A stretch of 64,000 nucleotides of DNA from Candidatus Tayloriibacteriota bacterium (lineage in GTDB: Bacteria; Patescibacteriota; Minisyncoccia; Phycocordibacterales; PALSA-1337): contig CAIOGI010000006.1 in NCBI GenBank assembly GCA_903857825.1, forward strand, positions 25,132 to 89,131, given 5' to 3'. The notes under the pieces are model-generated. The model did not search any database, was not told the DNA's origin, and saw nothing but the letters and a program-made list of their open reading frames with translations. The translations under genes were made by a program, and so were the position numbers. This document shows, one piece after another, positions 17,915 to 27,688 of this stretch; the first letter of the stretch is position 1; each line of letters starts with the position of its first letter.

Positions 17915-18114
17915 CGCCCTTGCTACCTTTTTTAATACATCACCTCGCCCCAGCAATCACCCCGCTCGTCGTAGCTCACAAGCTGCCACGGTGGGGTCTT
18001 TTTTTATTTAAATACTATTTACAACAACACAAGAGTTGTGTCGTAACTCAAATCTTTATCATTCCTTAATAATTTCTTTAGAACTTCTTAATAACTTTTT
18101 GCTAATCTAATGAA

Positions 18115-18540
18115 ATGAATGAAAAATATTTTAAAGATTTTGATAAATGGAATAATAAATCTAAAGAGATTGAATCAAAAGAGTTCGAGAACTTCTTTTA
18201 TGCTCGAGAAATCTGGTGGTGTGCTTTAGGCGTGAATATTGGCTCAGAACAAGATGGCAAAAATGATTCATTTGAAAGACCTGTATTGATTGTTCGACGA
18301 ATAAGTCGGGACTCGTGCATAATTTTACCATTCACAAGTAAAATTGTTGATAGTGACTATCGCGTAACTACAGAGAGCACCGGTATTCAAGCACAAGTCG
18401 TATTATCTCAAATAAAGACAATTAGCAGTAAGCGTCTATTAAGGAAAATAGGAAAAATTAAAACAATAATATTTTATGAGATACTAATAAAATTATCATT
18501 TATAATACTTGGTGTTTTGAAAGACGAAACCCCACCATAA
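18115..18540 (+). CDS. PemK/MazF-family endoribonuclease toxin (type II toxin-antitoxin toxin)
   Basis: EIWWCALGVNIGSEQDGKNDSFERPVLIVRRISRDSCIILPFTSKIVD...VLSQIKTISSKRLLRKIGKI matches the PemK/MazF pattern. No antitoxin-sized ORF is evident immediately upstream. Confidence 0.75.
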   Translation: MNEKYFKDFDKWNNKSKEIESKEFENFFYAREIWWCALGVNIGSEQDGKNDSFERPVLIVRRISRDSCIILPFTSKIVDSDYRVTTESTGIQAQVVLSQIKTISSKRLLRKIGKIKTIIFYEILIKLSFIILGVLKDETPP

Positions 18541-18548
18541 AGGTGGGG
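18530..18548. terminator. Stem-loop CCCCACC-ATAAA-GGTGGGG at convergent gene ends
   Basis: Perfect 7-bp GC-rich stem between the + gene ending at 18540 and the - gene ending at 18613. U-rich only on the minus-strand side. Confidence 0.45.
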
Positions 18549-18612
18549 AATCTCGGAGCCCGAAGGCGGCAGTGCTATTATTATATACCCTTAGAATATA
18601 CTGTCAACCACC

Positions 18613-18921
18613 CTATCTACTCCCCGCTTCGACAGTCACATTGTCCTTCGAATATTCTGCTTTATTTGATCCAAAAAGAAGATTCTTTATATCAGACCAA
18701 GCACCAAAGGCAGATGCGGTTAGAGAGGATACTGGTGTTTCAACTATTACCTCCTCACCATCTTTAATAACATTTTCAGCAATTACTGAAGAGGAATTAA
18801 AACCATAAGATGCCATCCAGCCAGCAAAAACTAAAAATGTAAATGAGAAAGAAACAATAAAAGCAAAACGCTTCTTTACGTGATGAGGTTTTGTTTTTAA
18901 ATTTTCTAAATAGTCATTCAT
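18613..18921 (-). CDS. Small hypothetical membrane protein (102 aa)
   Basis: One TM helix FAFIVSFSFTFLVFAGWMA; no motifs. Confidence 0.4.
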   Translation of the reverse strand: MNDYLENLKTKPHHVKKRFAFIVSFSFTFLVFAGWMASYGFNSSSVIAENVIKDGEEVIVETPVSSLTASAFGAWSDIKNLLFGSNKAEYSKDNVTVEAGSR

Positions 18922-18955
18922 GATGATATTTTATCACAAAACAACTTTCATTACA

Positions 18956-19594
18956 CTATTCCTTTGATGAATCAAGTAGCATGATATCCGCCTCCTTGCC
19001 TTCTAGATCCTTTTTCTTCAATGTTAGCTTGGCTTCTGCCTTTGGACTTTCTCCAGCCTCCTTCAAAAATACTTTTAGAGCTTCCTTTGCGCCGATATCA
19101 CCGTAATGCATAGGGATAATGATTTTTGGTTCTAGAGATACAGCAAGCTTATATGCCTTAACGGGATCGAGAACTCCCTCACCACCTATTGGTACAAAAA
19201 GGATATCTATCTCGTCTAATGCTTCAATAGTTTCATTTTTCAATTCAGGAGTATTGATAGCTCCAAGAAAACAAATGTTCATATTTTCGAGAGATACTGT
19301 ATATATAGTATTTATCAAATCTTTGCCACCGTACTTTGACTCTGAAGGAAGACCCTTTATAAAAACCTCCTTTACTTCGTATTCACCTGGACCACTTATA
19401 ACAAAGGGTGTCTTGTCTCCATGACTGACCTGATCTACGCCATTAAAATCCTCGTGATATGTAGTAGAGAGGACAATGTCTGCACCAAAGCGACTAGGCT
19501 TAAGCTTTGAATCCTTTGAAATAGGGTTAAAGGCAAGCGTGGTATCACCAAACTGAACTTTGAAAAACTCCGCTCCGAAATATGTAATAATCAT
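18956..19594 (-). CDS. Metallo-beta-lactamase-fold metal-dependent hydrolase (UPF0173-like)
   Basis: MIITYFGAEFFKVQFGDTTLAFNP...DIVLSTTYHEDF...IPMHYGD resembles the MBL-fold YtkL/UPF0173 family. Confidence 0.65.
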   Translation of the reverse strand: MIITYFGAEFFKVQFGDTTLAFNPISKDSKLKPSRFGADIVLSTTYHEDFNGVDQVSHGDKTPFVISGPGEYEVKEVFIKGLPSESKYGGKDLINTIYTVSLENMNICFLGAINTPELKNETIEALDEIDILFVPIGGEGVLDPVKAYKLAVSLEPKIIIPMHYGDIGAKEALKVFLKEAGESPKAEAKLTLKKKDLEGKEADIMLLDSSKE

Positions 19595-19635
19595 AGTATT
19601 GGCATTATATCATAGCGATATGATATCGTTAAGAG

Positions 19636-20316
19636 ATGCAAGAAGATGTATGGGAAGATGAATATAGGAATCCAAAACTCGTTAGTCTAAGTAATGAGCC
19701 AATAAAGGCTATCAAAGATTTTACACGTTTTCTACGTAAAGAGCGTGCCCTTGAACTTTCTAATTTAAATATACTTGATTTAGGCTGTGGAAATGCAAAA
19801 AACAGCTTTTACATAGCAGAGCAAGGTATCGAAAATAAAATAATTGGGATTGATGTGTCTGAAACAGCACTGAAATATGCGAAGGAACTCGCGCCACAAG
19901 GAAATTTTATAAAACATAGCATTGGCACTACCTGGCCCATCAATGATAATTCGCAAGATGTCGTACTCGACGTCACTTCCTCCAATTCCCTTTCAGAAAA
20001 TGAGCGTGAAATATATTTAAATGAAATTCAGCGTACATTGAAGCCTGGTGGATATCTTTTCATTCGTGCTTTATGTAAAGACGGTGATGCAAATGCAAAG
20101 AGTTTACTAAAATCAAATCCAGGAAAAGAAAAAGATACTTATATAATGCCAGAGTTTGGACTTGTTGAGCGAGTTTTCTCGCGTGAAGATTTACTTGCAA
20201 CATATGCACCAATTAGTGAAATGCTTTACTTAGACAAAGAGACACATTACTCGAAGTTTAAAGGCAGAATATACAAAAGAAACTTCTGGGTTGGGGTTTG
20301 GGAGAAAAATAGATAG
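19636..20316 (+). CDS. Class I SAM-dependent methyltransferase
   Basis: Motif I ILDLGCGNAKNSFYIAEQG; post-I acidic IGIDVSE; LKPGGYLFI. Confidence 0.75.
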   Translation: MQEDVWEDEYRNPKLVSLSNEPIKAIKDFTRFLRKERALELSNLNILDLGCGNAKNSFYIAEQGIENKIIGIDVSETALKYAKELAPQGNFIKHSIGTTWPINDNSQDVVLDVTSSNSLSENEREIYLNEIQRTLKPGGYLFIRALCKDGDANAKSLLKSNPGKEKDTYIMPEFGLVERVFSREDLLATYAPISEMLYLDKETHYSKFKGRIYKRNFWVGVWEKNR

Positions 20317-20351
20317 TTGGGATATACTGATATTTGAGGTAAAATATTGCA

Positions 20352-21353
20352 ATGGAAGAATTTAAAGTAAATCAAGAAAACTCTGGAATAAACCGCATTG
20401 TTGGTGTTGACGAAGACTTAGAAAAAGAGTTGTTGAAATATTTTGAGCGTGTTTTTGAGAATAACAGTACCGATGGAGAAGAAATAATAAAACCAGCTGA
20501 ACTAGAAAATATAATTGCGAGGATAAATAGTGTTTTAGTTGATTTCTTGGGAAGATACGGAATTAACGCGATTAATATACCTTCAAAAAATATTCATGTA
20601 ATTGATAGGACAAAATTTGATCCTGTCGGTTTGGCGAAGCTACAAGAAAAATTCAAAACTGATAATGGTTTTTTTATTGCCCTCAAACAGGCAATAGGAA
20701 TCCTGAAAGAATATAAGGAAGATGAAAAACTCTCATTCTTGCAGACATTAATTCATGAAATCATGCATTTCGAATCATTTCATTCACTTGAAGAGACAGA
20801 TAGTGAGTTTTCTGAAAGAAATCTTGAAAATGTGGACAAGAGAATTAGTCTAAAGACTCGCAGATCTGGCTTTTCAATTGCAAGCAAAGATGGTGAAATG
20901 ATGTATTTTCATTATATTGATGAGGTGGTAATAACGGAATTGGCAATTAGATTTGAACAACAATATTTTAATGGGTGGCCAGAAGTCAGGGACGAAATAA
21001 ATGAAAGAAATAGATATCTTGAAAGAATGTCAGTGAGAGAAAACATCCCATTAAGTAGATTGATGCTAGGGGCTGCAAGTCTAAGAAGAAAAGTTGACGA
21101 AGATGGAAATGCGAAATATGTAGCTATAACCCACAGTTATAATGACGATAGAATAATATTTCATCAGCTACTAAATCAGTTGTTTGTAAAAAACAAGGAT
21201 ACTTTTGATTCTGAGGAGCAAATATTTAATTTATTTGCAAAGGCGACCTTAACAGGAAAACTGTTGCCAGTAGCAAGATTGATCGAAAAAACATTTGGCA
21301 AGGGCTCTTTTAGAATCATGGGTATAAAGAGCTCCGACAAGTATTCAATTTAA
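20352..21353 (+). CDS. Hypothetical protein with an HExxH motif (possible zinc-dependent hydrolase)
   Basis: LQTLIHEIMHFESFH contains HEIMH. No further family assignment is possible by eye. Confidence 0.45.
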   Translation: MEEFKVNQENSGINRIVGVDEDLEKELLKYFERVFENNSTDGEEIIKPAELENIIARINSVLVDFLGRYGINAINIPSKNIHVIDRTKFDPVGLAKLQEKFKTDNGFFIALKQAIGILKEYKEDEKLSFLQTLIHEIMHFESFHSLEETDSEFSERNLENVDKRISLKTRRSGFSIASKDGEMMYFHYIDEVVITELAIRFEQQYFNGWPEVRDEINERNRYLERMSVRENIPLSRLMLGAASLRRKVDEDGNAKYVAITHSYNDDRIIFHQLLNQLFVKNKDTFDSEEQIFNLFAKATLTGKLLPVARLIEKTFGKGSFRIMGIKSSDKYSI

Positions 21354-21537
21354 AACCACCCCTCCTAAACGCAATCTATCTAGATCCCCTAGACTTTTCC
21401 CTCATTTTATACTATAGTATCCCCACGGCTTTTGTACTGCATTTATGGAGTATTTAGGCTATTTATTAACCAACTGCACACGTTAAACCCGCAAATTATC
21501 ATTATTATTAAAAAGCGGATCGTATGCACACAAAATT

Positions 21538-22695
21538 ATGATTAAAGACATTAAGGATGAGGTAAAGGAGGCTGGAGTTGCGGTAGTAAAAAAGGTTAAA
21601 AAGATAAAAGCAGTTGTAGAACCAAAGCTAGACACACTTATGGACAGACTTCTAAACGAGTCTGCAAATCCTCCATTAGTTGGAGAATTGGTTGAGGGTC
21701 CAGTTTTGAATGTAGAAAAGTCAGCAGTATATATTGATCTTGCACCATTTGGTACAGGTATCATTTTTGGTCGTGAATATATTACAGCTAGAGATATTAT
21801 AAAGAAGATAAACATCGGTGATGTTGTAGCGGCAAAGGTTGTTGATACAAATAACAAAGATGGCTATATCGAACTTTCTCTAAAGGAGGCTCGACAGGCA
21901 CTTATCTGGAGTGAGGCAGAAGCTGCTATTAACAATAAGTCAGTCTTGGAACTCCCTATCGTTGAAGCAAACAAGGGTGGTCTTATCATTCAATGGCAAG
22001 GCATTTCTGGTTTTCTACCAGCATCTCAGCTAAAGACTGAACACTATCCTAGAGTTCTAGATGGTGATAAGGACAAGATTCTAGAAGAGCTAAAGAAATT
22101 GATCGGTACAAAGATTTCAGTTTCAATTATTTCTGCTATCCCAAAGGAAGGTAAGCTTATCTTCTCAGAGAAGAGTCCAGAGACAAAGGAAAAGGAAAAG
22201 ATTATCGGCAAATACAAAGTTGACGATGTCATTTCTGGAACTGTTACTGGTATCGTAGACTTCGGCGTCTTCGTAAAGCTAGAAGATGGTCTAGAAGGTC
22301 TAGTCCACATATCAGAGATCGACTGGTCTCTAGTAGAAGATCCTCGTGCCCTATTCAAAGTTGGTCAAAAGCTACAAGTGAAGGTTATCGAGATCAAAGA
22401 AGGCAAGATTTCTCTTTCTCTAAAAGCACTTAAGGAAAATCCTTGGGTTGAAGCTTCAAAAAAATACAAGAAAGACATGGCGGTTCAGGGTGTTGTTATC
22501 AAATTCAACAAGCATGGTGCATTGGCATCTATTGAGGAAGGTATAGCAGGACTTGTGCATGTTTCAGAATTTGGCTCAGAAGAAAAACTAAGAAAGAATC
22601 TAGAGCTAGGAAAGTCATACAATTTCAAAATAACATTGTTTGATGTAAAGGAACAAAAGATGGCATTGTCTTTCACAGGAGAAAAGAAACCCTAA
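21538..22695 (+). CDS. rpsA: 30S ribosomal protein S1-like protein (multiple S1 RNA-binding domains)
   Basis: Repeated S1-domain signatures: GELVEGPVLNVEKSAVYIDL, DVISGTVTGIVDFGVFVKLEDGLEGLVHISEI and AVQGVVIKFNKHGALASIEEGIAGLVHVSE. Confidence 0.75.
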   Translation: MIKDIKDEVKEAGVAVVKKVKKIKAVVEPKLDTLMDRLLNESANPPLVGELVEGPVLNVEKSAVYIDLAPFGTGIIFGREYITARDIIKKINIGDVVAAKVVDTNNKDGYIELSLKEARQALIWSEAEAAINNKSVLELPIVEANKGGLIIQWQGISGFLPASQLKTEHYPRVLDGDKDKILEELKKLIGTKISVSIISAIPKEGKLIFSEKSPETKEKEKIIGKYKVDDVISGTVTGIVDFGVFVKLEDGLEGLVHISEIDWSLVEDPRALFKVGQKLQVKVIEIKEGKISLSLKALKENPWVEASKKYKKDMAVQGVVIKFNKHGALASIEEGIAGLVHVSEFGSEEKLRKNLELGKSYNFKITLFDVKEQKMALSFTGEKKP

Positions 22696-22774
22696 AACAA
22701 AGAGCGCAGCGACTATGTTTTAGGAGTTCGTCGAGTACTCTCGACGTTAAACAAGCTAAGATGAAAACAATCAA

Positions 22775-22806
22775 GAAAACACCCACGAAAGTGGGGTTTT
22801 CTTTTG
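22775..22806 (+). terminator. Rho-independent terminator after the S1 gene
   Basis: CCCAC-GAAA-GTGGG followed by GTTTTCTTTTGC. Confidence 0.65.
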
Positions 22807-22898
22807 CTTGACTGTAGTTAAATTTTTGCTAGTATATAGTAATGAAAGAAACTTTCGGCCGTGGTTTATACACCACACTTGGCGGAGGGTTTTTTTCT

Positions 22899-23327
22899 TT
22901 ATATAGACTTTATTGGAAATATTGATATGAGACTTTTTTCTCTTCTTTTAACGCTTTCCTTTATTTGTACACAAAATAGACTTTTATCTAATGTTCTCCC
23001 GTAAAACCGATGTAATATCTCTGATGATTTATTTGGGTTATTTTTTGAATCTTGCCTAATATTTGAATTTTTAATTAAATCTAGGCCGCAAGTATAGTAT
23101 TTCAATCTCCTTGCCCTATCCTTAGGATTCTTTTGCCTGATATGATCCCAGAAGTAATCAAGAAACACCTTCTCATTATTAAAATGTCTTGACCTAACAT
23201 ATGGTCTACGCCTAGTTTTAGATGCAATTTGTTTGTAGATAGAAATTGCCTGAGGGTACACCTCATTATAGCTAGTGCCTGATAGTTTTTTTATCTTAGT
23301 ATTATATATTTTAGAATCCATCCCCAC
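22899..23327 (-). CDS. Hypothetical basic protein (142 aa)
   Basis: K/R-rich ORF; no recognisable motif. Confidence 0.35.
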   Translation of the reverse strand: MGMDSKIYNTKIKKLSGTSYNEVYPQAISIYKQIASKTRRRPYVRSRHFNNEKVFLDYFWDHIRQKNPKDRARRLKYYTCGLDLIKNSNIRQDSKNNPNKSSEILHRFYGRTLDKSLFCVQIKESVKRREKSLISIFPIKSI

Positions 23328-23415
23328 ACCCTAACAAAAAGTTATTAAGAAGTTATAAAGAAAAGTGCTGTTTTTAGTAGTTCAAATACAGAAAATATAA
23401 AAAGTAAATAGTAAA

Positions 23416-24111
23416 TTAAGAAAATATCTTAGTCCTCCATATCCCCCACGCCAACGCCCCCACTCCTTCATCCTCCCCCATTCTTTTTGCCAGACTTCGC
23501 ATATATGTTCCGCTCGAGCATTTTACTTTTATTTTTAAAATAGAAAATTTCGTTTCAGACAGGCCTCGAGAAATCACTTCCTCCCATTTCCTCACTATTT
23601 CCTTTTGTCTAAAATCTCCTTTTACTAAAGCAATATTTTTTTTCACCTGATCCAATACTTCTGCGCCGGTCATTTCCCTCTTTCCTAAATCTTCAATAGA
23701 ATATACTTCAACTTCCTTTGTCGGCATATCTTCTGGAACTTCTTTCATTGCAATAATTCGAGATGAATATCTAGGATACTCCTGAACAAACCTCCCGATA
23801 TATTTATTCAAATCAATTTCCCCAACCTCTCCACTCTTTACCCCATCGATCATCCCCAAAACATCATGACTATCAGTAGAAATACCGAAAAGCACATCGA
23901 CTTCGTATTCTTTGTCAAAACCCAGATACTTTTCCTTGTTCTTGCACTCATCACCCACAAGTATTATAAGTTCCCCTTCAGCAAGGGGGTCCAAACGCCC
24001 AGCATAAGTCATGGGTACATCCGAGGTCATGCCATATTCAATACGAATCCTCTCGAGACATTCGAGTGGTGTTTCTCCTAGCTTTTTATATGTATTAATG
24101 ACTTTTTGCAT
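23416..24111 (-). CDS. truB: tRNA pseudouridine(55) synthase TruB
   Basis: GRLDPLAEGELIIL (catalytic Asp motif) and KEYEVDVLFGISTDSHDVLG. The start is more likely MQKVINTYKKL (24111) than the listed 24159, which would overlap hisS. Confidence 0.8.
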   Translation of the reverse strand: MQKVINTYKKLGETPLECLERIRIEYGMTSDVPMTYAGRLDPLAEGELIILVGDECKNKEKYLGFDKEYEVDVLFGISTDSHDVLGMIDGVKSGEVGEIDLNKYIGRFVQEYPRYSSRIIAMKEVPEDMPTKEVEVYSIEDLGKREMTGAEVLDQVKKNIALVKGDFRQKEIVRKWEEVISRGLSETKFSILKIKVKCSSGTYMRSLAKRMGEDEGVGALAWGIWRTKIFS

Positions 24112-24133
24112 AATTTTAGTATAATAAATAGAT

Positions 24134-25420
24134 ATGAAACTATCAACAGATCCATACAAGGGCGTGCGTGACTTTTATCCAGATGACATGGCGATTCAAA
24201 ATCAAATATTCGCCATTTGGAAAAGTGTAGCACATAAATACGGCTATCAGGAATATGCAGCCTCAGTTCTAGAGCCAGCAGACCTTTACAAGGCGAAGTC
24301 AGGCGAAGAAATAGTAAATGAGCAAACATATACTTTTACAGATCGTGGAGAACGAGAAGTCACTCTACGTCCAGAAATGACACCAACAGTAGCTAGAATG
24401 GTAGCGGCTAGAAAGCGAGAGCTTGGCTTTCCTTTACGTTGGTTTTCAATTCCTAATCTTTTCCGCTATGAGCAACCTCAGCGAGGCCGTTTGCGTGAAC
24501 ACTGGCAGCTTAATGTGGACATTTTCGGAGTTGAGAGTAATCAAGCAGAAATCGAGGTCATTCAAATAGCCTACGATATCACCTGTGCATATGGTCTAAA
24601 GCCTACAGATTTCGAGGTTCGCATCAACAACAGAAAACTGATGAACTATGTCACGAAGGAAGTCTTTGGACTTGATGATGATATGGCAAAGAAGATTTCA
24701 AAGCTGATAGACAAGAAAAGCAAAGTTCCAGCAGAAACATTCAATCTACTTGCGGAAGAGATACTAAATGAAAAAAGTCAGCAATTCCTCACTTTGATTG
24801 CCTCACAAAATTTCGAAGAATTTACAAAGAACTTGCCTCAGACCAAGGATGAGCACAAGGGTTTGAAGGAAATAAAAGAAGTTATAGAGGCATTAGAGAA
24901 ACTTGGCATTACAAATGCCCGCTTTGATCAGACTCTGATGCGTGGTTTTGATTATTATACTGGAATAGTGTTTGAAGTTTTTGACAAAAATCCTGCAAAC
25001 AGACGTTCTGTATTTGGTGGTGGACGTTATGATGATTTGCTCGACCTATTTGGAGGAGAAAAGGTTCCTGCCTTTGGCTTCGGTGCAGGAGATGTTATAG
25101 CACGTGATTTACTTGAGACTTATGACAAGCTTGCAAAGCCAGAGGCTGTGCATCCAGCTGACATATACATTTGTCTTATGAGCAAGGAGGTTTCAAGTTA
25201 TGGACAGGAACTTGCGCAAACCCTGCGCGAAAAAGGTATGCGAGTAGCCATAGATTTCTCATTCAGAAAACTCGGTGATCAAATAAAAAACGCTGACAGA
25301 ATACATATACCCTATGTAATATGTATAGGTGAAGAAGAAGTAAAAACTGGAAGTTTCAAATTAAAGAATTTAGCAACTGGTGAGCAGAAGGAATATACAG
25401 CTGACACTATTTCTATTTAA
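24134..25420 (+). CDS. hisS: Histidine--tRNA ligase
   Basis: Class II aaRS motifs: RPEMT motif 1 region, RGFDYYTGIVFE and GGGRYDDL, characteristic of HisRS. C-terminal anticodon-binding domain. Confidence 0.85.
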   Translation: MKLSTDPYKGVRDFYPDDMAIQNQIFAIWKSVAHKYGYQEYAASVLEPADLYKAKSGEEIVNEQTYTFTDRGEREVTLRPEMTPTVARMVAARKRELGFPLRWFSIPNLFRYEQPQRGRLREHWQLNVDIFGVESNQAEIEVIQIAYDITCAYGLKPTDFEVRINNRKLMNYVTKEVFGLDDDMAKKISKLIDKKSKVPAETFNLLAEEILNEKSQQFLTLIASQNFEEFTKNLPQTKDEHKGLKEIKEVIEALEKLGITNARFDQTLMRGFDYYTGIVFEVFDKNPANRRSVFGGGRYDDLLDLFGGEKVPAFGFGAGDVIARDLLETYDKLAKPEAVHPADIYICLMSKEVSSYGQELAQTLREKGMRVAIDFSFRKLGDQIKNADRIHIPYVICIGEEEVKTGSFKLKNLATGEQKEYTADTISI

Positions 25421-25426
25421 CTTCAT

Positions 25427-26011
25427 ATGAGAAAAATAACTTTTGACGTTGAAACACGCAACTTATTTCAAGATGTAAATTCCACAGAATCTACAGCTTT
25501 AGATATTTCTGTTGTCTGTATACATGACTCAGCCACCGACCAATACACCAGCTATCTCCAAGAGGATTTTGGTACGCTATGGCCAATACTCGAACAAGCA
25601 GATATGTTAGTAACCTTCAACGGAGATCATTTCGATATTCCCCTACTAAATAAATACTATTCTGGCGATTTAACAAAGATAAAAAGTCTAGATCTACTAG
25701 TAGAAGTCAGAAATGTACTCGGTAAAAGAATAAAGCTAGATACAATAGCTGAGGCAACACTTGGGATAAAGAAAAGCGGACATGGTCTAGAAGCGGTAAC
25801 TTGGTGGAAAACTGGAGAAATAGATAAAATAATAAAGTACTGTATAGATGATGTGAAAATCACCAAGGATGTTTATGACTATGCTATGAAAAATAGCAAA
25901 TTAAAATATAAAGATTTTGGTCCAAATGGACAAATACGAGATATTAAACTAGATACTTCAAATTGGGAAAAGAAAAACGATAGCGCAATGACATTTACAC
26001 TACCGTTTTAA
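25427..26011 (+). CDS. DEDD-family 3'-5' exonuclease (DnaQ/PolB-exonuclease-like)
   Basis: Exo I ITFDVET, Exo II LVTFNGDHFDIPLL and Exo III YCIDDV. Confidence 0.6.
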   Translation: MRKITFDVETRNLFQDVNSTESTALDISVVCIHDSATDQYTSYLQEDFGTLWPILEQADMLVTFNGDHFDIPLLNKYYSGDLTKIKSLDLLVEVRNVLGKRIKLDTIAEATLGIKKSGHGLEAVTWWKTGEIDKIIKYCIDDVKITKDVYDYAMKNSKLKYKDFGPNGQIRDIKLDTSNWEKKNDSAMTFTLPF

Positions 26012-26056
26012 TCTTTAATTTCCAAAATAAGGATTGAGAAATAGAGCTAAGAAATA

Positions 26057-27565
26057 TTATGGACCATAAGGATCAGCTGATTGTGATAATACAGTACCTG
26101 TTAGACCGCCTGGGATTGCATTTCCGCTATATGTCGGATCAACTCGCACGCAAGTCGTTTCACTTATGGCGGTATATATCGGTGGTTGATTCATTATGGT
26201 AACAGTCTCTATATAATTATTAGTTTCTTTTTGAATCCAGCCATTATTACATCCATTTTGATGTCGAATGAGTGCAAAGGTATTACTTTCTGAACCACCA
26301 GCTGCCACATTACGAACTGAGTATTTCACCCACTTGTCCCATCTTATAGTCTGTACTGTTTGTATACTCCAGCTAGCATTTCCACTTGCATCTGAAGTTA
26401 AAACTTTCCCAGTCAATGGGCCCGTGCCACCAGTTATTTGAAGTGAGGTTGCCTGAAGGCCTGTTGCCTTGACAGTTCCTACCACCTCTAGTTTAGTAGA
26501 TGGATTCGCAGTTCCAATTCCAACATCGCCAGTAATAGAAGCACTCCCTATTGTAGTTAAGTTACCAGAGACATATTGACTACCTACTGCCAAACCCTTA
26601 TAGGCGCCATTATCTGTTGCCAATAATCTTAGCCAACCATCATCTGTTCCTGAATAACCATTTCCATCAAAATAATAATTCCCAATCTTCATATTTCCTA
26701 CTACATCCAACTTTGCTGTTGGATTCATTGTGCCTATTCCAACATTACCACTCGGATTGACCACCAAACGGGCTTGGCCATTCACCCACATCATCATTGA
26801 ATTTGCTGCTCCACCAGTACCATCATGAGCATCACCTATAAATTGTGTATTCGCTGTATTTGTCCACAAACCTCCTGTATTTGCTGAATCACCAGATTGA
26901 ATTCTACCTCCGACTGTTGCGCCTACATTATTTGCAACTCCATTTCCTGATACAGCTAACTTTGTTGTCGGTGTTTGAGTACCAATTCCAACATTACCAG
27001 ACAGATTTCCATTATATATATCTGTTCCATTTGTACTAGTTGCCCATTTTGAAGAACCTCCTGAACCAGGTACTGAGGATGGAGTCGCCCAATATACAGT
27101 ACCTAGACTATCTGCAGAAGTAAGCACCTTGCCTGGTCCAGGAGCATAAACTACATTATTGAGTGTACGAGTTCCAGAAACCTTTATATTTCCTCTTATC
27201 CAAGAATCACCATTAACATCTAGAGTAACTGAAGGCCATTGTCCTGTAGCATAATTAGGTACACCAGCACCGATCTTTCCATACATGACTAGATCAGCAC
27301 TTCCAACTATAGTTTTAAAAAGAGATATCCCACTTGGAACAGCAAAAGAGTACCCGTCAATTAAATTCTGCAAAGAACTAGTTCCTACTGCCATACCTCC
27401 AACTTTTGCTTGTCTAGAAACCCCAACATTTATCGGTGCATCTGTATTACTATTTGGTGGGCTTGAAGGCGCTGGAGTCCATGCTGCAGATGCGTAACTT
27501 ATACCCAGTGCAAGTATTAGTGCCAAGGTTACTATTTTTATATTTTGAATGTTTATATTTTTCAT
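26057..27565 (-). CDS. Secreted Gly/Thr/Ser-rich surface protein with repeated N(V)GIGT..P(T/S)xKL(A/D/E)V(V/S)G motifs (fibre-like)
   Basis: Signal peptide MKNINIQNIKIVTLALILALGISYASA. Three copies of GNVGIGTQTPTTKLAVSG, GNVGIGTMNPTAKLDVVG and GDVGIGTANPSTKLEVVG. Confidence 0.55.
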   Translation of the reverse strand: MKNINIQNIKIVTLALILALGISYASAAWTPAPSSPPNSNTDAPINVGVSRQAKVGGMAVGTSSLQNLIDGYSFAVPSGISLFKTIVGSADLVMYGKIGAGVPNYATGQWPSVTLDVNGDSWIRGNIKVSGTRTLNNVVYAPGPGKVLTSADSLGTVYWATPSSVPGSGGSSKWATSTNGTDIYNGNLSGNVGIGTQTPTTKLAVSGNGVANNVGATVGGRIQSGDSANTGGLWTNTANTQFIGDAHDGTGGAANSMMMWVNGQARLVVNPSGNVGIGTMNPTAKLDVVGNMKIGNYYFDGNGYSGTDDGWLRLLATDNGAYKGLAVGSQYVSGNLTTIGSASITGDVGIGTANPSTKLEVVGTVKATGLQATSLQITGGTGPLTGKVLTSDASGNASWSIQTVQTIRWDKWVKYSVRNVAAGGSESNTFALIRHQNGCNNGWIQKETNNYIETVTIMNQPPIYTAISETTCVRVDPTYSGNAIPGGLTGTVLSQSADPYGP

Positions 27566-27688
27566 ATTAATTAATTTTTTAAAGAATAATTACCTAAAAG
27601 ATTAACTTTATATTAATAATACAACAGAAAGCATATAAATGATAAGGATATTTTACGTATCTGTGGATAAGGACTAATATTATATTAA

